From Candidatus Eiseniibacteriota bacterium (GTDB taxonomy: Bacteria > Eisenbacteria > RBG-16-71-46 > CAIMUX01 > VGJL01): a stretch of 64,000 nucleotides of DNA. The notes beneath the pieces are model-generated. The model searched no databases and was not told the DNA's origin. It saw only the letters and a list, made by a program, of their open reading frames with translations. The position numbers were made by a program, and so were the translations under genes. Within the stretch, counting starts at the first letter, position 1, and each line of letters starts with the position of its first letter. The DNA lies in the NCBI GenBank assembly GCA_963792585.1, contig CAWBWI010000003.1:1216001-1280000 (forward strand), in the 5' to 3' direction. This document shows positions 54,208 through 61,577 of this stretch, piece by piece.

Positions 54208-55077
54208 ATGGCGATACCGGCTGACTTGCTGGAAAAGGTCCGGAACCTGGATCCGCTCCCCATCACGATCCAGAAGCTCTATCGGGAATCGGACCGAGAA
54301 CGCCTCTCGATGGCGGATATGGCGACGATCATCGGCCTGGATCAGGCGGTCACCGCCAACATCCTCCGGGCTGCGAATTCCGCCCTCTTCGGGGGGATGA
54401 ACCCGATCACCAACGTGCAGCAAGCCCTCGGCCGACTGGGCATGAACCGGATCCTGAACCTGGTCATAGGGGATCATCTTCGGAACTTGTACGTCGATGC
54501 TCCCCAGTACGATCTGACGGAGAATGACCTGTGGCTGCACGGGGCCGTCGCGTCGCTCGCCGTCGAGGAACTCATCGCCGAGTCGCCGTCCTGCACCATC
54601 CCGGACGACGCAGCCACAGCGGCCGTGCTTCACGACATCGGGAAGCTCATCATCTCTCGCTACACGAAAGTCACCGCCGATCAATTGCGAAGGAAGTGCG
54701 ACGACGAGGATATCAGCTTCGTCGAGGCGGAGCGGAGAGTCTTGGGATTCGATCACGCGGAAGTGGGGGCGGCGGTAGCGCGCAAGTGGTCCTTCTCGGA
54801 GTCACTGATCGACGCCATCCAGCAACATCACCAACCGCACCCCGAGAGTGCCTCGCCGACACTGGATGGGGTGATTCTGGGCAATCTAGTGGCAAAGACG
54901 CTGGGAGCCGGTCTTGGCGCCGAAGGGATGAACTTCGAGCTGGATCCCGGCTGCGCCCGCCGGCAGGGGATCACCTTTGCGCGTTTCTGCCGAGTCTGCG
55001 CGCGAACCGTGGACCGACTCGAAGCGGTCAAGTCGCTCTACGGCATCGGCGGGAATCTGCGCGCGCGGGCGGCGTAG
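54208..55077 (+). CDS. HDOD domain protein
   Basis: L.PLP, DQAVTANILRAANS, LW.H, LHDIGKL, GFDHAEVG...A.KW. Confidence 0.9.
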   Translation: MAIPADLLEKVRNLDPLPITIQKLYRESDRERLSMADMATIIGLDQAVTANILRAANSALFGGMNPITNVQQALGRLGMNRILNLVIGDHLRNLYVDAPQYDLTENDLWLHGAVASLAVEELIAESPSCTIPDDAATAAVLHDIGKLIISRYTKVTADQLRRKCDDEDISFVEAERRVLGFDHAEVGAAVARKWSFSESLIDAIQQHHQPHPESASPTLDGVILGNLVAKTLGAGLGAEGMNFELDPGCARRQGITFARFCRVCARTVDRLEAVKSLYGIGGNLRARAA

Positions 55078-55204
55078 ACCGCCCGCTCCGGCGAAGGCCG
55101 TCGCCCGAAGGGCGGTCCGGGAGAGGGTGTGATGATCTCCCCTTCGGAATCACGGTCGTTTGGAAGTACAATTTGAAGGGCCCTTTTCGGCGGAGGCCCT
55201 CGAC

Positions 55205-56731
55205 ATGCGTCCTTCCCGGTCGGTCCAGCTCTTGCTCGCCTTTGGAATCCTCGTTCTGGCGGCCCCACTCGCGCGCGCAACGATCATCGGACGCGAAACC
55301 CGGCTCCTTCCTTTGGATCCCGGGGAGGGGGACAACACGGGCATCTCGGTGTCGGTTGATGGGGATGTCGCGATCGTCGGATCGGTCTTCCACGACGGTC
55401 CCGGGATCGATGCAGGCGCTGCCTACGTCTATCGATACGGTGGCCTGGGCTGGAGCTTCGAGCAGGAGCTCCGGCCCGCCGACCCGGAGCCGGAGGATCG
55501 CTTCGGCCGAAGCGTCTCCGTCAGCGGCGATGTCGCCGTGATCGGCGCGTATCGGAGTGACGACGCAGGATCCGAGTCCGGCGCGGCGTACATCTACCGC
55601 TTCGACGGCGTGAGCTGGATCCAGGAACAGAAACTCACTGCCTCCGATGCCACGGCCGGCGACCGTTTCGGCTGCGGCGTTTCGATCCGGGGCGACATTG
55701 TGGCCGTTGGCGCCTACCGGGATGGCGATCTCGAACAGGGATCGGCCTACGTCTTTCGCTTCGACGGCGTGCGCTGGGGTGAGGAGCAGAAGCTCACGGC
55801 CGATCAACCGACGGCCTATGACTACTACGGGTTCTGTGTCTCGACGGACGGGGACCGCGTCGCCGTCGGCTGCGAGTGCGACGATGACCGGGGGGTCGAT
55901 TCGGGATCGGCGACTCTCTACCGTCATGACGGTCAGAGTTGGACTCCCGAGGCGAAGCTCACATCGGGCGACGGCGCCCCGGAGGACTACTTCGGCCACT
56001 ACATCTCGCTGAGAGCGGACGCGTGTGTCGTCGGGGCTTACGGCGACGATGGCGCGGGGTCGCAGTCCGGTTCCGCATATGTCTTCCGCCACGACGGCTT
56101 CGGATGGGTCCAGGAGCAGAAGCTCACCGCCTCGGACGCAGCCCCCGGCGACGTCTTTGGTTGGAACGTGTCGATGTGCGGGGATGTCGCGCTGGTCGGC
56201 GCACAATGGAACACCGACGGCGGCGCGCTCCCGGGCGCCTCGTACCTCTTCCGCCGAGCCGGCACGACCTGGATCGAGGAGGCGAAGCTCGCCCCGACCG
56301 ATGCCGCGCCGACGGCCCTGTTCGGATACGCGGGATCGGTCGGTGACCGTCACGTCCTCGTGGGGGCGCCATGGGACTCCGTGGGAGGAGTGGCATCCGG
56401 CGCCGCCTATGCATTCGATCTCATCGATCCCGCGGCTGCGGAGTTTCCTGCCGCGACCGCCCGCCGATTCGAATTGCGCGTCGAACCGAATCCCGCGTCC
56501 TCGATGACGCGAATCGCGTTGACCGACAGGGGGCGCCGCGAATCTGACTTGGTGGCGATCCACGACGTGACCGGGCGTCTCGTGCGGACCCTTCGCCTGA
56601 CGGAAGCTGGACGATCGATCCCGTGGGACGGGACGGACGCGCGGGGCGTGCCGCTGCCTTCAGGGGCGTACTACGCGTGGTTCTGCTCGATGAGAGGCTC
56701 CGCGGGAGCCGTCATCGTCCTCTGCCGATAG
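55205..56731 (+). CDS. Secreted FG-GAP_2-repeat beta-propeller with FlgD-Ig/T9SS-like tail
   Basis: Signal peptide; 7 repeats of D.FG..VS..GD...VGA...GAAY.(F/Y)R...W..E.KL; tail PNP..HDVTGRLVR..WDG.D..G..LPSG.Y. Confidence 0.88.
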   Translation: MRPSRSVQLLLAFGILVLAAPLARATIIGRETRLLPLDPGEGDNTGISVSVDGDVAIVGSVFHDGPGIDAGAAYVYRYGGLGWSFEQELRPADPEPEDRFGRSVSVSGDVAVIGAYRSDDAGSESGAAYIYRFDGVSWIQEQKLTASDATAGDRFGCGVSIRGDIVAVGAYRDGDLEQGSAYVFRFDGVRWGEEQKLTADQPTAYDYYGFCVSTDGDRVAVGCECDDDRGVDSGSATLYRHDGQSWTPEAKLTSGDGAPEDYFGHYISLRADACVVGAYGDDGAGSQSGSAYVFRHDGFGWVQEQKLTASDAAPGDVFGWNVSMCGDVALVGAQWNTDGGALPGASYLFRRAGTTWIEEAKLAPTDAAPTALFGYAGSVGDRHVLVGAPWDSVGGVASGAAYAFDLIDPAAAEFPAATARRFELRVEPNPASSMTRIALTDRGRRESDLVAIHDVTGRLVRTLRLTEAGRSIPWDGTDARGVPLPSGAYYAWFCSMRGSAGAVIVLCR

Positions 56732-56737
56732 GCCCCG

Positions 56738-57190
56738 CTACTTGCGCCCCGTGGATGGTGGATCGCGGTAGATCGTCCTGACGGATCCCCAGGTTCGCAT
56801 CTCGATGGGCGTCGGGCAGTCGACTCTCGCCCGCAAGCTCGCCTCGAAGATCGGGGGATCGCCGGGCATCTCCACGGCGGTCAGAACATACGGATACTCG
56901 CCGTTCGGAAGGGAAGCCCCTTCGTCATCGAGTCCATCCCAGATGACCGTGTGGTACCCCGCGGGGAGCCGCCCAGCCACCAAGGTCCGGACCACCATCG
57001 TGCTGTCCGGATTCCAGACGGCCAGCGTCGCCTCGACCGTCACAGGCACGGCGAACGCGATCCTCGTCTGCCCGCAGAAAGGATTCGGCTCGTTCTGCTC
57101 GAGGGTGAACTCCGGCGGTGGTTGGGCGAAGGCGTCACCCGTGGACCCGAGCGAAAGGAGCAGCGCGAAGCACAGAGCAAACCAACGCAT
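56738..57190 (-). CDS. Small secreted protein: lone FlgD-Ig/T9SS-like domain plus TWG motif
   Basis: Signal peptide ending AFA; FTLEQNEPNPF..VRTLV.G..AGYHTVIWDG.DD.G..LP.G.Y; then PTPIEMRTWGSVRTIYR. Confidence 0.82.
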   Translation of the reverse strand: MRWFALCFALLLSLGSTGDAFAQPPPEFTLEQNEPNPFCGQTRIAFAVPVTVEATLAVWNPDSTMVVRTLVAGRLPAGYHTVIWDGLDDEGASLPNGEYPYVLTAVEMPGDPPIFEASLRARVDCPTPIEMRTWGSVRTIYRDPPSTGRK

Positions 57191-57353
57191 CGGTCACCTC
57201 CCAGCCTTCCAATTCTACGCCTCTTTGAAGTGGAATCGCAACGAGCCCGGGCCGCGACTCCGGTCTCCAGCCGATCCGGGCAATCGACGTCGATTCGGTG
57301 CTCTATACTCCAACCACGAAACGTGTCCACAGTTCCGTTCAAGGAGGACGCCC

Positions 57354-58277
57354 ATGAACACCGGCTCATCCCGTGCCATCCTTGTGACAGGCGCCAGCAG
57401 CGGCATCGGCAACCACCTGAGCCGCGCTCTGGCCGCAGCCGGGCATCGCGTCTTCGCGACGGCCCGCAAGGAGCGTGACCTCGCGGCGCTGGCCGCCATC
57501 GAGAACGTTGTGCCGCTGCGGCTCGACGTGCGCGACGCGCAGCAGGTGCGGGATGCCGCGGAGACGGTGACCCGGTCCGCCGGCGGACTCTACGGCCTGG
57601 TCAACAACGCCGGGAGCGGGCAGCTCGGTCCCTGCTCCGCTTGGACCGACGAGGAACTCCTCGACATCTTCGATGTGAACGTCTTCGGCCCCTTCCGGAT
57701 GACGAACGCCTTCGTCCGGATGCTGGTGGAATCCAAGGGGCGGGTGGTGAACATCGGCTCGCAGGGCGGAATGATCTCCAAGAAGTACTACGGCCCCTAC
57801 ACGATGACCAAGCATGCGCTCGAAGCCTATACGGTTGCCCTGAGCGACGAGCTGACCCCGTACGGGGTGCGCGTCAGCATCGTCCAGCCGGGTGGAATCG
57901 CGAGTGCCATGGGCGAGAACTCCATGCCGGGAATGCTCGCGCGCTTCGAGCGCGTCGAGCCGCCCTTTCGGGAGGAGGCACAGGCGGTGATCGAGGCCCT
58001 AAACCACCCGTACGAAGCCCCTCACGCGGATGTCGAGGAGTCGGAGACCAACCGCAAACCCTCCTCACCCGAAATCGTCACCCGCGCCGTCATGGACGCT
58101 CTGTTCTCCGATCAGCCGAAGCTGCGTTACATGGTGGGCACCAGGTGGGAAGGCGACCGGGTCCTCCATGCCTTGGTCGAGAAGCTCCTGGATGAGAATG
58201 ACAGCCCATCGCACAACTACACGGAAACCGAGCTGATCGCGTTGCTGACCCGGAAGATCGCCGAGAGGCGCGGGTAG
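57354..58277 (+). CDS. Short-chain dehydrogenase/reductase
   Basis: TGASSGIG, LVNNAG, YTMTK (YxxxK); AAGGAGG RBS. Confidence 0.92.
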   Translation: MNTGSSRAILVTGASSGIGNHLSRALAAAGHRVFATARKERDLAALAAIENVVPLRLDVRDAQQVRDAAETVTRSAGGLYGLVNNAGSGQLGPCSAWTDEELLDIFDVNVFGPFRMTNAFVRMLVESKGRVVNIGSQGGMISKKYYGPYTMTKHALEAYTVALSDELTPYGVRVSIVQPGGIASAMGENSMPGMLARFERVEPPFREEAQAVIEALNHPYEAPHADVEESETNRKPSSPEIVTRAVMDALFSDQPKLRYMVGTRWEGDRVLHALVEKLLDENDSPSHNYTETELIALLTRKIAERRG

Positions 58278-58394
58278 CGTCCTCTTCCGCGCGACCGGCT
58301 GACTCCCGTCTTCCGCCCGGAGTATGACCTATGTCACTGCGCGTGCCCGGGTCCTCCCATAGACTGCCCCATTGAACCATGGGAGGACGGGAAC

Positions 58395-59645
58395 ATGAGC
58401 GAACTGATCGACAACGCGAGGCGACGGAAGGATCTGCTGAAGCACATGATCCTTCAGCTGCACGAAGGGCATGCGCCGGAGCAGGTCCGCACGCAACTGA
58501 CGCGTATGCTGGGCCAGGTTCCATACGGCGACGTGGTCGAGGTCGAGCAGGAACTGATCGAAGAAGGACTGCCGTCCGAGGAGATCTTGCGTCTGTGCGA
58601 TCTCCACCACGCGGCGCTCGAGGGATCGATCGATCTGAGTCATGCGCGAACGGCTCCGCCGGGGCATCCGGTCCACACTTTCCAGCAAGAGAATCGCGCC
58701 CTCGAGTGGGAGATCAAGGAACTTGGAAAACTCTGCGCCGAAGTCATCGCCCTTCCTGACGATGCGGGGGCGAGCGAGCTGATGGGGTCGGTCCGCGGAA
58801 GGTTCAACAACCTGATGGATGTGGAGAAGCACTATCTCCGGAAGGAGAACCTCCTCTTCCCATATCTGGAGAAGAAGGGGATCACGGGTCCGCCAAAGGT
58901 CATGTGGGGCAAGCACGATGAGACGCGTGCCATGCTGAAAGGGGCGATGAGCGCGTTGACGGCAGTCGACCAATTCACTGCGGGGGAGGCACGGGGCGTC
59001 ATCCAAATCCTGGCCGAACCGGGCTTTCGATCCGTATCCGAGATGATCGACAAGGAGGAGCAGATCCTCCTTCCCATGTGCCTCGACACGCTGACCGAGG
59101 CCGAATGGTACGCCATTTCCCGGCAGAGTCCGGAGATCGGTTTCTGCCTGTACGATCCGTCGGAGGACTGGATTCCCGAGGGAATCGGGACGGAGGCGGA
59201 ATCGCCGGACAAGGCCGGGCGGGTGCAACTTCCCTCCGGCAGCATGACGCCGGTCGAGCTGGCGGCGATTCTGAACGCGATCCCCTTCGACCTCACCTTC
59301 GTCGATCGTGATGACACGGTCCGTTACTTCACTCAGGGACGTGAAAGAATCTTCTCGCGCAGCCGGGCGATCCTCGGCCGTCAGGTCCAATACTGCCATC
59401 CTCCAGGAAGCGTGCACATCGTCCAGCAGATCCTCGACGACTTTCGATCTTCGGCGCACGATCGTGCCGCCTTCTGGATCACGATGAAGGAGCGATTCGT
59501 CCACATCGAGTATTTCGCGCTGCGTGACCCGAAGGGAGACTATCTCGGTTGCCTCGAGGTGAGCCAGGACCTGACCGAGAAGCGCGCTTTGACGGGGGAG
59601 CAGCGGCTGCTCTCCTACGCCGACTCGGGGGTGGATCATGCCTGA
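58395..59645 (+). CDS. DUF438 protein with hemerythrin-like and PAS domains
   Basis: VEQEL, LCDLH, GHPVHTF..EN, HY.RKENLLFPYLE, VMW.KHDE, KEEQIL.P; PAS TFVD..RYF..GR.V..CHPP. Confidence 0.88.
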   Translation: MSELIDNARRRKDLLKHMILQLHEGHAPEQVRTQLTRMLGQVPYGDVVEVEQELIEEGLPSEEILRLCDLHHAALEGSIDLSHARTAPPGHPVHTFQQENRALEWEIKELGKLCAEVIALPDDAGASELMGSVRGRFNNLMDVEKHYLRKENLLFPYLEKKGITGPPKVMWGKHDETRAMLKGAMSALTAVDQFTAGEARGVIQILAEPGFRSVSEMIDKEEQILLPMCLDTLTEAEWYAISRQSPEIGFCLYDPSEDWIPEGIGTEAESPDKAGRVQLPSGSMTPVELAAILNAIPFDLTFVDRDDTVRYFTQGRERIFSRSRAILGRQVQYCHPPGSVHIVQQILDDFRSSAHDRAAFWITMKERFVHIEYFALRDPKGDYLGCLEVSQDLTEKRALTGEQRLLSYADSGVDHA

Positions 59646-59955
59646 TGCGAGAGCCATGGGACCCATCACCCCGGACACGAAAGTCGGCGATCCAGTCGAT
59701 GACCGCGCTCCCGATTGGACGCAAGACGAGACGGTCGCGAAGTCCTTCGACGCCCGGGGAGTGATCGAATCGGGTGGGCATCCGATGGAGCGGGTCATGA
59801 AGGATCTCGCCGGACTGACGGCCGGAAATGTGTATGAGCTTGTGACGCCTTTCGTGCCGGCGCCCCTCGTTGATCTCGCACGGGCGAAGGGGTTCGAGGG
59901 TTACAGCTACAAAGATAGCCCGGGTGTCGTCCGCACCCGGTTCCGGCGATCCTGA
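59638..59955 (+). CDS. DUF438 partner protein (DUF1858/DUF2249-like), apparently internally shortened
   Basis: ITPDTKVGD start, then FDAR..IE.G.HP...YELVTPFVPAPL; overlaps the DUF438 stop. Confidence 0.65.
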   Translation: MPDARAMGPITPDTKVGDPVDDRAPDWTQDETVAKSFDARGVIESGGHPMERVMKDLAGLTAGNVYELVTPFVPAPLVDLARAKGFEGYSYKDSPGVVRTRFRRS

Positions 59956-60227
59956 TCGGAGCGGGCTGGGGCGGAACGCCATGGGGGAGTCGATCCACTT
60001 GGGTGCACACGGCCCCCGTGCTGTGTGGATGCGCAATGCGTCCTTTCCGTTGCTTTGAGATCGCCGAGTCGACAGAAATGGCGCGAATGGGCGTTGAACA
60101 TCGGTAGGGCAAGGCGTTACACGCGACCGCGCGCGCGGAAGTCATCGCATCGAGCATTGGCGCTGTACGGTAAGGAGGAAGATACGCGGGAAATCGGATG
60201 CGCGGCAGCGCGCCGACGCACGGGTGC

Positions 60228-60256
60228 TTGACTGCCGGCCGGCAACGTCGTTTAAT
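60228..60256 (+). promoter_or_regulatory. Putative sigma-70 promoter
   Basis: TTGACT-N17-TTTAAT about 155 nt upstream of ATG 60412. Confidence 0.55.
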
Positions 60257-60411
60257 CTCTCCGCTGGTTCTGGGTCCCTCACAGAGATGCGCGGCCAAGC
60301 TCGGACCGCGTGGCGCGACCCGGAGTCCGCATGGATGTTCCTTGGTCGAATCCGATGGCCGCGCGATCCAAGGACAGCAGTCGGCGCACCCGCCCACCTC
60401 AGGAGGTGTCT

Positions 60412-61374
60412 ATGCAGAGATTTGTTAGAGGAGTCGCCGCGCTCGCATGTTTGGGGATTCTGGTCTTGCCCCAAATTGCGGTTGCCCAGTACTCACAGGA
60501 CTTCGAAGGGCTGAGTGGATCAGCCGCCGGCGTGGTCCTGACCGGGCAGGATGGCTACTACCTTCCCGGTGGAGTTACGAATACCGACTTTCTGTGCTAC
60601 ACATACGCGGGAAACGCCCTCGGAATCGTCCAGAATCCCGAGGGGGGCGCCCAGTTCATCGGTGGCACAGGCCCCGGTGATGGCGTCACGTACGCCCGCG
60701 CGGAACGCGGCGTGAATCTCGGCCCAGGCCGCTGGGAACTCTGGTACGACTTCTGCGGGATCTACACCGGGGCCCCTCCGGGATCGAACAATCTCGGGAG
60801 CTTCTCCTTGCGCCAGGCCTCCGCGAACACCGTGCACATCAACCTCTTCACATGGGTCGACCCCAACAACCCCACGGCGATCAACTCGACCTACGTAGCG
60901 TATGACGCGGGCGGCACCCAGTTCCCGATCCCGGGAACCCCGCCGGGGCCGGAGTGGGCGAATCTCATGCCCAACCACTGGTATCGCTGCCGGACCGTCG
61001 TGGACCTCGACGCGAATACGATCGTTGAGGTCGGGATCCGCGATCTATCAGGTGGCGGTGAGGCCGTGTACATCCCTACCGGCTGGTATCTCATCGGAGG
61101 GGCCGGGGGTTTTGCTCCGCCTGATGGAATCCGGTTCTTCGGCGGCGGTGGGACGCAGGGGAACACCACGTGTTGGGACAACGCGATCGTCCGCGAGGCA
61201 GTCAGCGTCCCTCAGGGCGCCTGCTGTCTGCCCGGCGGCGGTTGCCTGATCACTACAGAGGCTGATTGCCAGGGCGAGTACCAGGGTGATGACTCCGTCT
61301 GCGATCCGAATCCGTGCGAACCGTCGCCGGTTCAGCGGATCACCTGGGGCGCTCTGAAGAACCAGTACCGCTAG
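60412..61374 (+). CDS. Secreted beta-rich protein with GACC Cys module and C-terminal TWG motif
   Basis: AGGAGG RBS; signal peptide AVA-QYSQDFE; GACCLPGGGC..DC..YQGDDSVCDPNPC; ends PSPVQRITWGALKNQYR. Confidence 0.82.
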   Translation: MQRFVRGVAALACLGILVLPQIAVAQYSQDFEGLSGSAAGVVLTGQDGYYLPGGVTNTDFLCYTYAGNALGIVQNPEGGAQFIGGTGPGDGVTYARAERGVNLGPGRWELWYDFCGIYTGAPPGSNNLGSFSLRQASANTVHINLFTWVDPNNPTAINSTYVAYDAGGTQFPIPGTPPGPEWANLMPNHWYRCRTVVDLDANTIVEVGIRDLSGGGEAVYIPTGWYLIGGAGGFAPPDGIRFFGGGGTQGNTTCWDNAIVREAVSVPQGACCLPGGGCLITTEADCQGEYQGDDSVCDPNPCEPSPVQRITWGALKNQYR

Positions 61375-61405
61375 TTCCGACCGAATCAACCCATCGACCG
61401 ATCCG

Positions 61406-61434
61406 GGAGCCCGGGGCGACGAGCCTCGGGCTCC
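61406..61434. terminator. Hairpin after the 60412 gene
   Basis: GGAGCCCGGGGC-gacga-GCCTCGGGCTCC. Confidence 0.5.
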
Positions 61435-61509
61435 TGTCTGAGAGGCTTCCATCGACTGCGCCCCTGTGTGAATGCCGTTCCTCCCCGCACTGGACGGAAG
61501 AAAGGAAGA

Positions 61510-61540
61510 GGCGATCCTCTTCACCTGGAAGAAGATCGCC
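61510..61540 (-). terminator. Probable intrinsic terminator of the 61578 gene
   Basis: GGCGATCCTCTTC-acctg-GAAGAAGATCGCC with an A-rich run on the left, which is a U-rich tail on the minus strand. Confidence 0.55.
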
Positions 61541-61577
61541 CCACTGAATCAGAGGCTTGACCTAGGGTCGTTCCATA

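Noticed and set aside
59956..60411. Riboswitch or ncRNA in this and other long intergenic regions (22.2-22.6 kb, 23.75-24.15 kb, 44.25-44.6 kb)
   Set aside because: Only generic hairpins and no aptamer core recognised by eye; an Infernal/Rfam scan would be needed to exclude one.
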